Shown in pieces: positions 18,458 to 29,388 of a stretch of DNA of 64,000 nucleotides (position 1 is its first letter; every line of letters begins with the position of its first letter). The notes beneath the pieces are model-generated. The model saw nothing but the letters and a program-made list of their open reading frames with translations, was not told the origin of the DNA and did not search any database. Position numbers and translations under genes: made by a program. The stretch is from Candidatus Latescibacterota bacterium (GTDB lineage: Bacteria > Latescibacterota > UBA2968): the NCBI GenBank assembly GCA_965207885.1, contig OZ242311.1:3008001-3072000 (forward strand). Direction: 5' to 3'.

Positions 18458-19527
18458 AGTGCCAGAGAGTATGCGGGGCTGTGCTCGGTGTCACGGTGAT
18501 GTTGTGTGCCTTAGGCGTCGGGTGGTCGGCGGAGACCCGCATTGAGGCGGGCATGGTCTATGATAACAATCTGTTTGAGGCGCCGGTTGATCTGCAGTCC
18601 GGCTGGATCAGCCGGTTTTACTTTGCGTATTCGGGTGATTTGCGCAAGCGTCCCCGGAGTTCTGTTTGGCTGCGGTACCAGATAGGTGCCAAACGATTCT
18701 GGACTGCGGAGCGATCAATGTCCGAAAAATCCGGCGCAGTGTTGACCAACCACTTGAACGTAACCACGTCCTCGCGCGTGGGGCGCCGGGTGAGGCTGGC
18801 AGGTAGCGGCGTGTTGAAAGTAAAAATTGTAAACCGGGTCCCAGGGGAAGAAGGATATTTGCGCGGCGCTTTAGAAGGACGTATCCAATATGTTTTTGGA
18901 CAGGGGTTTACAAGCGACCTGTATCATCGCTTTGGTGGACATGATTCTCGGGATATGCGATTGCCAGAGGTGATTTCGAACGAAGTGGGTGCGGGTGTCC
19001 AGTACGGGAAATCCCGGCGATTTCGAGCCCGATTGACAGGGATCTGGCGGTGGTTGGATTACAATCGCGCGGCTCTGGCGGTTGATGCAGGAGGCAGGAT
19101 AGATGAATTGAGATTTGCACAATCGGATCTTTTGCGCGAGATTTCAACAGGCATACAGCTTTATCGTGGGGTGCTCGTTGATCTCGTCTATGGATTTCTC
19201 CACAATACATCCAACAGCTACGGATATAGCTTTAAAGCGCACCGGATGCAGGTGCTTCTGGTGCGACACCTGGGTTTCCAGTTCGATGCGCAGATGCTGG
19301 CAAATCTCCAGCTTCGCAGGTATGATGATCCGCTGGTGCCACTGCCCGGTTGGGATTCGGAGGTGGATGAATACGAACAGACGCTTTTGGTACTGAAGTT
19401 GTCCCGGCAGTTGACGAACCGGCTGGATCTCTCATTGCAATACGGATTTTCCCGCAACGGTGCCCGCCGAACCGGCGGTTTTTATCGCAAGCATACCAGT
19501 GCGATTTCCGTGGCGATTTCCCTCTAA
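18454..19527 (+). CDS. Hypothetical outer-membrane beta-barrel protein
   Basis: Signal peptide; first strand with YDNNLF; alternating Y/G/R-rich strands; terminal strand SAISVAISL; overlaps the upstream stop codon. Confidence 0.65.
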   Translation: MKCQRVCGAVLGVTVMLCALGVGWSAETRIEAGMVYDNNLFEAPVDLQSGWISRFYFAYSGDLRKRPRSSVWLRYQIGAKRFWTAERSMSEKSGAVLTNHLNVTTSSRVGRRVRLAGSGVLKVKIVNRVPGEEGYLRGALEGRIQYVFGQGFTSDLYHRFGGHDSRDMRLPEVISNEVGAGVQYGKSRRFRARLTGIWRWLDYNRAALAVDAGGRIDELRFAQSDLLREISTGIQLYRGVLVDLVYGFLHNTSNSYGYSFKAHRMQVLLVRHLGFQFDAQMLANLQLRRYDDPLVPLPGWDSEVDEYEQTLLVLKLSRQLTNRLDLSLQYGFSRNGARRTGGFYRKHTSAISVAISL

Positions 19528-19568
19528 GTTCCCTCAGTTTTTGATTCTTCCAACCCCTAATATCTCGA
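19429..19568 (+). repeat. Right copy of the degenerate direct repeat (intact gene end plus downstream spacer)
   Basis: Shares CA(T/C)TGCAAT, CGCAACGG, CAAGCA, GCGATTTC.CTCTAA, TTCCCTCAGTTTTT, TTCCAACCC and ATCTCGA blocks in the same order with 10225-10362. Confidence 0.85.
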
Positions 19569-19656
19569 AACGCCATCACCCCGGACACGAGGCTTCAAGG
19601 TCGTTGATCTGAAAGCTTAGTCCAGTCCTGGTTGGAGATCCCGATCCACATCCGGG

Positions 19657-21039
19657 TTATGCTCTCGCGGCTTCCCAGCCTTTTTTTATCACTTTCTCGA
19701 GTTCGGTCACTGTTTCGGCATAGCGAACGTCTTCCGCGGCATTGACGTTTTCCGCCGCATCTTCCCGATGATCGTAAAGCTCTCGTGCTTTTACCTCTCC
19801 TGTATCTCTCGATTGCCATTCTGTGTAGCGGAAATCTTCCGTCTTAATGGTGTAGCCCATCACGCCCGTGCGTGGATATTGGCTGAAAGCCGCCTGTTTC
19901 CAGGTTCTATCTGGATCCTCCATCAAGGGGACAAAGCTCTGGCCCTCGAGATGATCGGGTAGCGGTAGATCGCACAGGTCGCATAGCGACGGGTACATAT
20001 CGACGAATTCTGTAAGACCAGATGCTTTTGCGCCCGGCTTGCCGCGTTCTGGCGAGCGGACGATCATTGGGGCATGTGTGTCGATGTCGAAGTTCGTGTG
20101 TTTGCACCAGCTGCCGTGTTCGCCGAGTTTCCAGCCGTGATCTCCCCACAGGATTACAACTGTGTTTTCTTTGAGGCCGAGCCGTTCGACTTCGTCGAGC
20201 ACGCGCCCGACCTGCGCGTCCATATACGAGACACACGCACAGTAGCCGTGGACCAATGTGCGTGCCAGATCTTCGGGAATCGGTCCCTCTTTTGGCATTC
20301 CGAAGTAGCCGCGCAGTTCTCCAAATTCGGTCAGAGAGTACTCGGTGACGTTTTCCGGTGCGCTGGTATTCAGGGCGAGTGGCAATGCTTCCCGATCGTA
20401 AACGTCCCAGTGGTGCTTTGGGGCGTTGAAGGGCAGATGGGGTTTGTGAAAGCCCACGGCGAGGAAGAAAGGTTGATCGCGCAATTCGTTGAGCGTTTTG
20501 ATGGCGTGATCGGCATCCTTGCCGTCGTGATAGGCATTGTCTGGAACGTCCGCGGCTTCGAAAGCGGGTCCCATACCCCGTCGCGTGGATCTTTCAGCAG
20601 CCATTTGAGCATCTGTTCGCTCAATCACTTCCATCGCTTCATCCGTCAGGTAGCCCCGTCCCTTCCAATCACCTGTTGAGACGTGTGGTTCTGCTGACCA
20701 TCCTTGCAGATCATCGCTTCGATGGTGATAAATTTTCCCGATGGATCGCGTCTCGTAGCCGTGCTGCTTGAAGTGCTGTGGTAGTGAGAGGACATCGGGC
20801 ATCACGGACCGCAAAGGGGTTTGTAGATCGTAAATTGTCGTCATATCCGGGCGGCAGCCACTCAGAACACTCGCCCGAGAAGGCGCGCACACGGCTTGCT
20901 GGCAGTAAGCCCGCTCAAAGAGGACGCCCTCTGCGGCCAATTGATCGATGTTCGGCGACTGTACGAAATCCTGACCATAACAACCGAGTTGAGGACGGAG
21001 ATCATCTACGGCGATGAATAATACGTTCATTTTGGTCAC
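19657..21039 (-). CDS. Cys-type sulfatase, iduronate-2-sulfatase-like
   Basis: NVLFIAVDDLRP, CAPSRAS, GKIYH, GFHKPHLPF and WGDHGWKLGEH motifs; GTG start after GGAGG. Confidence 0.94.
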   Translation of the reverse strand: MTKMNVLFIAVDDLRPQLGCYGQDFVQSPNIDQLAAEGVLFERAYCQQAVCAPSRASVLSGCRPDMTTIYDLQTPLRSVMPDVLSLPQHFKQHGYETRSIGKIYHHRSDDLQGWSAEPHVSTGDWKGRGYLTDEAMEVIERTDAQMAAERSTRRGMGPAFEAADVPDNAYHDGKDADHAIKTLNELRDQPFFLAVGFHKPHLPFNAPKHHWDVYDREALPLALNTSAPENVTEYSLTEFGELRGYFGMPKEGPIPEDLARTLVHGYCACVSYMDAQVGRVLDEVERLGLKENTVVILWGDHGWKLGEHGSWCKHTNFDIDTHAPMIVRSPERGKPGAKASGLTEFVDMYPSLCDLCDLPLPDHLEGQSFVPLMEDPDRTWKQAAFSQYPRTGVMGYTIKTEDFRYTEWQSRDTGEVKARELYDHREDAAENVNAAEDVRYAETVTELEKVIKKGWEAARA

Positions 21040-21140
21040 ACTTCCTCCGTAAGAATTGGGAGTTAGGCGTTTATGCCGAGCTTGTGCAGGGCAATATAAG
21101 GGGCTGAATATAAAAATCAAGCCACACAACAGATCAAATG

Positions 21141-21170
21141 TTGACAAGACGAGTCTTGTGATGTCATATT
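21141..21170 (+). promoter_or_regulatory. Sigma-70-type promoter (copy 2 of the duplicated element)
   Basis: TTGACA-N18-CATATT with TG before the -10 box; paralogous to 14406-14435. Confidence 0.6.
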
Positions 21171-21206
21171 ACGGGCAGGTGGTTAGGCCAAACAAGGAGG
21201 GTTATT

Positions 21207-22109
21207 ATGGCGCAGGATACTGTACGAGAGGTCGTGACGAGTACGATTCCCCATAGAGTCCTGGGCAAGACCGGAGAGCGGGTACCCATTCTGGGGTATG
21301 GATCTGCCCCCGGTGGGATGGGGCTTTCGGATGAGGACGCCATTGCGCTTTGCCATAAGGTGATTGATCTGGGGGTGACGTATATCGATACAGCGCCCGG
21401 ATATGGTCGGGCGCATGTGCAACTGGGGCAGGTGATGGCGGAGCGGCGAGATGAGGTGTTTTTGGTGACCAAGACAGCGGCGGATGAAGCGGAACAAGCC
21501 CTGAAGATATTGGAGAATGGGTTGAAAGATTTGCAGACGGATCATGTGGATCTGGTTTACGTGCATTCGATGGGCCGTAGAGATGTAGATCGGGTGCTGG
21601 CTCCCGATGGTGCGCTGGCAGGGTTGCGGGAAGCCCAGCGGCGGGGCTGGACGCGATTTATAGGGGTGACAGCGCACAATGCACCCTGGAGGACCGCTCG
21701 CGTGTTGCGGGAGGCGGATATAGATGTGGTGATGCTCGCCATAAATCTCGCGGATCGCTATACTTATAATTTTGAGAATGAAGTGTTGCCTCTGGCGTAT
21801 GAGCAGAATGTGGGCGTGGCGGCAATGAAGGTTTACGGCGGGGCGCAGGGAATGACGTATCAAACGCCCAGGACTTCGGCTTTGGCCGCGCATGGGCCAC
21901 ACGATCACGAGACAGCATTGCGTTACGCGCTGGGATTGCCCGGTGTTTGCACGGCTGTGATCGGCATGTTTTCAGAGGCAGAGCTTGTGCAGAATCTGGA
22001 GTGGGCGCGGCGATTTACGCCGCTGAATGCAGCAGATGGTATTGCTCTTGAGGCTCTTGGTCGAGAGATTGCGGCGGATTGGGGACCGCATTACGGTGCA
22101 GTGGAGTAG
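21207..22109 (+). CDS. Aldo/keto reductase
   Basis: RVLGKTG..V..LGYG, YIDTAPGYG, FLVTK, DLVYVH and IGVTAH motifs. Confidence 0.92.
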   Translation: MAQDTVREVVTSTIPHRVLGKTGERVPILGYGSAPGGMGLSDEDAIALCHKVIDLGVTYIDTAPGYGRAHVQLGQVMAERRDEVFLVTKTAADEAEQALKILENGLKDLQTDHVDLVYVHSMGRRDVDRVLAPDGALAGLREAQRRGWTRFIGVTAHNAPWRTARVLREADIDVVMLAINLADRYTYNFENEVLPLAYEQNVGVAAMKVYGGAQGMTYQTPRTSALAAHGPHDHETALRYALGLPGVCTAVIGMFSEAELVQNLEWARRFTPLNAADGIALEALGREIAADWGPHYGAVE

Positions 22110-22117
22110 GGTGAAAA

Positions 22118-24100
22118 ATGGCTGAAATCAAAAGGAAACTCTTTCCATCGTCTGAGTTGGCCGAGGATAGCCTGCGCTGGACTGTCGTGGTGCTTTTCTC
22201 GGCCACATTGGTTTTTGCCTGTGTTGCCGCAACGTTTTTGGAGTTCAAATCTCGTTCTGCACATATGGCGATGGCGAATCTACCTCTGGCAGTGTTGTTG
22301 CCCTTTGTGGCCTGGCTTCTGGTGAATGCCTTTTTGAAGCGGTTCGCGCCTCGTTTGTCCATGACTTCTGCAGAGTTGAGGCTGGCGTTGAGCATGCTCT
22401 GGGTGGGCGGGTCGTTTGCGGGGTATAACTGGATTACGCAGTGGGTGGGCGCGATGGCGGCGCCGAGATATTATGCGTCGCCCGAGAACCGGTGGCAGGA
22501 GTTGATTTTTGACTATTTGCCCTGGTGGATGTTTCCCTCGAATTTTCCAGGGGTAACAGAGGGCTTTTTTCTGGGGCTGGAGGAAGGTGTGGCAGTGCCG
22601 TGGGGGGCGTGGATAGCTCCGATCTTTTGGGCGATGTCCGCCGGGTTGGCGATGACGGCTATTGGGCTGGGTTTGACGGCGGTGTTCCAGAAGCAGTGGG
22701 TTCGGCACGAACGGCTGACGTATCCACTGGCGCAGGTTCCCCTCGATTTGACAGAAGGGTTTGACGGCAAGCGCGGTTGGCCCCCATTTATGAGGAACTG
22801 GCTGTTCTGGGTGGGGTTTGCCGTGGCTGCTCTCCCTTTGTTGTGGAATCTGATCGAATACTGGACGCCGGGTTTTCCCCGGCTGGCGATTTTCGATCCT
22901 TATTATGGCCCCAGAGGTCCCAGAGGTGCTGTATTGTCGCGTTATTTGTCACCGTTCTCCTATCGAATTTTGCCCCCTGTGCTGGGGTTCACATTTTTGT
23001 GCGATCTGAATATCCTGTTTAGTATCTGGTCTTTGTGGCTGGCCGGGCAGGTGGGACTTTACGGGATGTCCAGGGTTGGATTTTCCGTGGGTTTGGCCGG
23101 GCAAGAGGCTAAACCCACGGCAATTTTGGGCCTGTTTACCCATGGTGTGAGCATGGGACTGGCGATCTGGGCAATTTGGGTTGCTCGCGGTCATCTGCGA
23201 AAGGTTTTTCGGCAGGTGTTACGCCCGCCTGCAGGTGGGGAGGCGGAAACCGCGATTTTGTCTCCCCGATTAGCTGTGTGTGGGATTTTGGGGGGCGGTA
23301 TTTATATGGTTTTCTGGCTGTACAGCGCGGGTTATAGCGCGGGGATTGGGCTGGCCTGGCTGTTGCTTTTCTGGGCGAGTATTCTGGTGGTTATGAAGTT
23401 TTTGGCGGCGAGTGGGTTTGCGTATCTGTTTCCGAGTTTCGGTACTTCGATTCTGGATATGACAGTGGGAGCCAGTCAGATGCAGGAATCTACGCTGGTA
23501 GGGCTTCGGCTGGTGAATTGGCGTTTGCTGGCTGGCTGGCGTTTGCCGGCGGCATTGCCCCATGTGGAGCGCCTGGTGAGGCCGGCAAAGCGGGTTGGGT
23601 GGGTGGTAATTGGGAGCCTGATGCTGGGGATGCTGGCGGCCATTATTTACACAGTTGCCATCTGCTATGAATCGGGGGGGAGCACTTTCCGCACATGGTC
23701 TTTGGTGGGTGCGCCAGTGGGGATGTACGAAGGCATTGCCAAGGCGGTCGCAGAAACGAACCCGACTGTAACCGATCCGGGAAAAATTGGCGTGTGGATT
23801 CTGGGCGGTGTGATCGCGGGGATTATTCAGGTGATGCAGAGTCGGTTTTCCTGGTGGCCGTTTCATCCGCTGGGTGTGATGCTGATGTCGAGCGGTTATG
23901 TTCGGCTCTATGTGCTGGATATTTTTCTGGTGTGGCTGAGCAAATTGCTGGTTCTCAGTTTTGGGGGTATTTCACTTTATCGAAGGGTTAAGCCGTGTTG
24001 TTATGGGTTGATTGTGGGGTATGTGTTTGCCGTGGGATGCTCTTTTTTGATTGATTTGATCTGGTTTCCCGAAGGGGGGCATTATATCCACGGGTATTAG
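22118..24100 (+). CDS. Polytopic membrane protein, DUF6785/DUF6784-like (putative transporter)
   Basis: Many TM helices; YYASPENRW, W..W..P, KQW..HERLTYPL, WWPFHPLG and G...G C-terminal motifs; paralog at 54449. Confidence 0.78.
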   Translation: MAEIKRKLFPSSELAEDSLRWTVVVLFSATLVFACVAATFLEFKSRSAHMAMANLPLAVLLPFVAWLLVNAFLKRFAPRLSMTSAELRLALSMLWVGGSFAGYNWITQWVGAMAAPRYYASPENRWQELIFDYLPWWMFPSNFPGVTEGFFLGLEEGVAVPWGAWIAPIFWAMSAGLAMTAIGLGLTAVFQKQWVRHERLTYPLAQVPLDLTEGFDGKRGWPPFMRNWLFWVGFAVAALPLLWNLIEYWTPGFPRLAIFDPYYGPRGPRGAVLSRYLSPFSYRILPPVLGFTFLCDLNILFSIWSLWLAGQVGLYGMSRVGFSVGLAGQEAKPTAILGLFTHGVSMGLAIWAIWVARGHLRKVFRQVLRPPAGGEAETAILSPRLAVCGILGGGIYMVFWLYSAGYSAGIGLAWLLLFWASILVVMKFLAASGFAYLFPSFGTSILDMTVGASQMQESTLVGLRLVNWRLLAGWRLPAALPHVERLVRPAKRVGWVVIGSLMLGMLAAIIYTVAICYESGGSTFRTWSLVGAPVGMYEGIAKAVAETNPTVTDPGKIGVWILGGVIAGIIQVMQSRFSWWPFHPLGVMLMSSGYVRLYVLDIFLVWLSKLLVLSFGGISLYRRVKPCCYGLIVGYVFAVGCSFLIDLIWFPEGGHYIHGY

Positions 24101-24118
24101 TGAAGTGTGAAGTAGGAG

Positions 24119-26149
24119 TCATTCTTGCGATAGGTGCGGCAGGTAGCCCTGTTGCTGGAGTATTTGAATCAAAGATTCGGGGTTTGCCGTATTGTTGAGG
24201 GTTGCAATAGTTGGAGAAATGCGGTCGTCTAATGCCTGGGCAATGCGGGGTTGGGCGTAGAGTTCGTCAAGCAATTCTCGCGTGGCGGTTTTGACTCGTC
24301 CGATGGCGGGGAGGATTTCGATTTCACCGTATTTGTCGTCACATTCGGCAATTAAAGTATCGACCATGTCGGGCAGGCCGCTTGCGCTGTGCTGTGTCAA
24401 AAATGAGCGTATCTCGTCCCCTGACAAACCTCGCGCGAATGCGCGGCGAATCGAGTCGCTAGAGAGATGGAAACACGCCATTACATCCTGTGTTTTGAGG
24501 TCTCCGAGGACGCACAGTCTGAGATAGTGCGCGCATGGAAGATCCGGCGGGGATAGAACTTCAAAATTGGGCTGTACAATAAATTTTGCCTCTGAATTTT
24601 GCAGGGGTATTTGTTCGGTCAGTGCATCGTCATGCGTGTCGTGCAATAGAGCGTAGCCCGCAGGGGTGATCTGAAAGACCGCCTTTTTGCTGTGCTGCAA
24701 TGGTGTAGAGAAATTGGGGAAATTGCCCACGCGGACGACGCCCATATAGGTGAGCGCACCTGTGATGGCGCGGCGCAGCAATTCATCGGCGGTGGTTCCG
24801 GTATGGGATGGGTCTTTGGCAAAATGTCGAAAAGGTTCTGAAAGACGCGTCAGAAATTGATAATACGATGGGTACTTCATCCATGTGTCGGTGGGGCAAT
24901 GCCGAAGGCTTCGCACGATTTCACTGCGAATATTCTTGAGTACTTGCATTCGGGCACTGGTGGCTTTGGTGCGGTCGGAAGACCATTCATTCCACCGCTC
25001 GCTGTGAAACCAGAAGTCAAAGCACGCCTTGCGTATGTCGATGATTTGCCCCATCTGGGTGCCGGCATCCGAGGCGATATGCCAGACTGTATCATGGGGC
25101 TTTATCAGTCCCGTTGTTTCGGCAAAGAGTGTGAGAAATTCAATATAGCCCGGATCGTCCTGGATATGGCAGTATTTGTTCGCGTCGCGCAAATCGCTTT
25201 TGGATATGCCGCCGTGTTTGAGCCTGCGTGGCAAGCGTTGTGCAACAATGCCGAGCAATGTGGTCAGGTCTTGGATGAGAAAGGCGGTATTTTCGCATAT
25301 CGCGGCGGGAGCAGGAGCGGAGGTTTCGAGGAGGGTTTCGAGGCTACTTTCGAGTTGTCCTCCCTGGGATTGGGCAATTTTAGACAGGGCAGCGCAAAGG
25401 TCTGAAGCGAGACATATTGCGGCGTTGGGGGCGTGAAGATCGCGGTTCGGCGCATAAAAGATCGGCATTTTCCAGAGCATGTCTTCCAATTCACGGACTG
25501 CGGATTCCCCCAATTTATCGGCGACTTCGCTGCGCGTGATCGCGTTGGCGGGGAGAAACAAATCGAGAATGGCGCGGCGGTCTTCGCTGAGTGTGTTGAG
25601 GTAGGCGTGTAGTGTTTTAATGTCGAGCAGGGTATCTCTTATGGCGTTGGATACGATGGGTTTGCGCATGTCTGAAAGGCGCAGGCCAATCTGATCTGCA
25701 AAAGCTCGAAGCAAACCCACAGATACGGGTTTCAAGATGACGAGCAACCGGCCCTGATCTGCGTCGGGAATGGGGATGGATTTGAGCAGTGATTCGGGAA
25801 TGCCGATTAGAACGTCTGAATCACCCAGTGTGTGCATATCTCGAAATACGAGACCGATCAGGTCACTGAGTTGGGCATGGAGACGGGGAAGAAATCCGTT
25901 GGCAAATTTTTCAACGGCTTCGACTTCCAATAGCTCGCCCCCTTCGGCGGCAAGGGTCTGTACCATCGCGTGCTGTTCAGGGGATAGGGAACGGAGGCGT
26001 TTTGCTACGCGCTCTGGATCGGGGAGTACGCGGCAGAGCGCGTCGGCGAGGATGGTTTTGTTGCTGCCACCGGGATCAATACCCACGTCGCGGGCGAGTT
26101 GGCAGAGCGTGTTGAACGGATATTGTGTGAGCGCGGTGCGTAGTTTCAT
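24119..26149 (-). CDS. XPB-associated (Helicase_C_3 domain) protein without ATPase motifs
   Basis: C-terminal IVQPNFEVLSP...FHLSSDSIRRAFARGLSGDEIRSFL..HS...LP..V..LI resembles the XPB N-terminal domain; duplicated N-terminal helical units; no Walker motifs. Confidence 0.8.
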   Translation of the reverse strand: MKLRTALTQYPFNTLCQLARDVGIDPGGSNKTILADALCRVLPDPERVAKRLRSLSPEQHAMVQTLAAEGGELLEVEAVEKFANGFLPRLHAQLSDLIGLVFRDMHTLGDSDVLIGIPESLLKSIPIPDADQGRLLVILKPVSVGLLRAFADQIGLRLSDMRKPIVSNAIRDTLLDIKTLHAYLNTLSEDRRAILDLFLPANAITRSEVADKLGESAVRELEDMLWKMPIFYAPNRDLHAPNAAICLASDLCAALSKIAQSQGGQLESSLETLLETSAPAPAAICENTAFLIQDLTTLLGIVAQRLPRRLKHGGISKSDLRDANKYCHIQDDPGYIEFLTLFAETTGLIKPHDTVWHIASDAGTQMGQIIDIRKACFDFWFHSERWNEWSSDRTKATSARMQVLKNIRSEIVRSLRHCPTDTWMKYPSYYQFLTRLSEPFRHFAKDPSHTGTTADELLRRAITGALTYMGVVRVGNFPNFSTPLQHSKKAVFQITPAGYALLHDTHDDALTEQIPLQNSEAKFIVQPNFEVLSPPDLPCAHYLRLCVLGDLKTQDVMACFHLSSDSIRRAFARGLSGDEIRSFLTQHSASGLPDMVDTLIAECDDKYGEIEILPAIGRVKTATRELLDELYAQPRIAQALDDRISPTIATLNNTANPESLIQILQQQGYLPHLSQE

Positions 26150-26169
26150 AATGGGTACAGTAAAAATAA

Positions 26170-26193
26170 GACACTTACAAAACTGTAAGTGCC
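26170..26193 (-). terminator. Terminator-like hairpin downstream of tRNA-Ala
   Basis: Minus strand GGCACTTACA-GTTT-TGTAAGTGTC followed by TTATTTTT. Confidence 0.65.
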
Positions 26194-26203
26194 TAAAAAA
26201 AAG

Positions 26204-26276
26204 TGGAGCCGAGCGGGATCGAACCGCCGACCTTTTGACTGCCAGTCAAACGCTCTCCCAGTTGAGCTACGGCCCC
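26204..26276 (-). tRNA. tRNA-Ala (GGC), CCA not encoded
   Basis: GGGGCCGTAGCTCAACTGGGAGAGCG-TTTGA-CTGGCAG-TCAAA-AGGTCGGCGGTTCGATCCCGCTCGGCTCCA; G3:U70 pair. Confidence 0.97.
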
Positions 26277-26341
26277 ACATCTATACGTAGTCAAGGGTAA
26301 CAAAATGGGATAGGTCTGTCAAGCAAAAAGCCGATTGCAGA

Positions 26342-28399
<2,058 letters not shown>

Positions 28400-28471
28400 T
28401 CAGGTCCGAAGCAATGGATTCTCCCGATCTCTTCCCCAGTGGGCGGGGTTGTCCAATTCAATGCTGCATTT

Positions 28472-28500
28472 AGTATAGCCAATTTTGTCCGCATATTCAA
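28472..28500 (-). promoter_or_regulatory. Sigma-70-type promoter upstream of ligA
   Basis: TTGAAT-N17-TATACT on the minus strand. Confidence 0.6.
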
Positions 28501-28555
28501 GGTGGGCGCGATGTTTACCCACCAATAATTTTCGCCAGCAACCCCCCGTTAGTTT

Positions 28556-29383
28556 TCAAGCAAAAAGAAAAGCGACGAGTCCCAGTAGCATTCCCGCTTT
28601 GAGCAGTTTGTTCAGGTATCCGAGTGTGTCTTTTTGCCAGAGGCGGATGAGGACAAAGATGAGTAAAAGATTGAGGAGGACAATCAAGCAAAGATAAATC
28701 GAACCGTAAATGCCCAGGAGTGCGGGCAATGGGGTCGCAATGATGAGGATTGCAAAGATGCCGGTGATTAGAACACGCGCGATGTTTTCTCCCCATGAGA
28801 TGGGTACAGTGCCGCCCGATAACTGGCGGTCGCCCGCACTGTCTTCGAGGTCTTTGAGAAGTTCGCGCCCCAGGTGAAACAGAAAGGCAAAGCCTGCAAT
28901 GAGATAGGGGGCAGATATGACCTGGACGGCTGCGCCTCCGTAGAGAAATGCCAGACCGCCGAGCGCACTTACTGTGAGATTGCCGATGAGAGGTACGCGT
29001 TTGAGATAGGTATTGTAAAGGATCAGGCACGCGATGGCGATGAGGGCAATGGCGAGGGCTGGCGTTGGCAAGGGGAGGGCTGGGAGAATGCCCGCGAGGA
29101 GGAAAATACCCATTTCTATGCGGGCGATGCCAAGGGATAAACGCCCTGAAGGGAGTGGGCGATGCGGTTTGTTGATGCGGTCTTCGGTTATGCCACACAG
29201 GTCATTGAGCGCGTTGCCCCCTGCGGTGATGAGGGCGGCGGACAGGGCGGCAAAGAGCAGGAGTTCGGTGATGTTGTGAATCCCCAGCCAGCCGCCGAGG
29301 AGTACTGAGGCAAAGGTTATGAGGCAGTTGATCGGGCGAGAGAGTTCAATCGCGGCGTAAAATCTGGTCTTGCGGAAGGCCAT
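28556..29383 (-). CDS. UbiA prenyltransferase, DGGGP-synthase-like subfamily
   Basis: RPIN, GNALND....EDRINKPHRPLPSG, YN..LK..PLIGN and RELLKDLED..GD motifs. Confidence 0.87.
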   Translation of the reverse strand: MAFRKTRFYAAIELSRPINCLITFASVLLGGWLGIHNITELLLFAALSAALITAGGNALNDLCGITEDRINKPHRPLPSGRLSLGIARIEMGIFLLAGILPALPLPTPALAIALIAIACLILYNTYLKRVPLIGNLTVSALGGLAFLYGGAAVQVISAPYLIAGFAFLFHLGRELLKDLEDSAGDRQLSGGTVPISWGENIARVLITGIFAILIIATPLPALLGIYGSIYLCLIVLLNLLLIFVLIRLWQKDTLGYLNKLLKAGMLLGLVAFLFA

Positions 29384-29388
29384 GTTTT

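Noticed and set aside
19576-19656. Possible structured RNA (CCCGGA...TCCGGG enclosing small hairpins) between convergent genes
   Set aside because: Stems are short and could be chance or a simple terminator; no family resemblance
22910-22928. 9-bp tandem repeat CCCAGAGGT (GPRGPRG)
   Set aside because: Two units inside a loop of a membrane protein; too short to be collagen-like or otherwise informative
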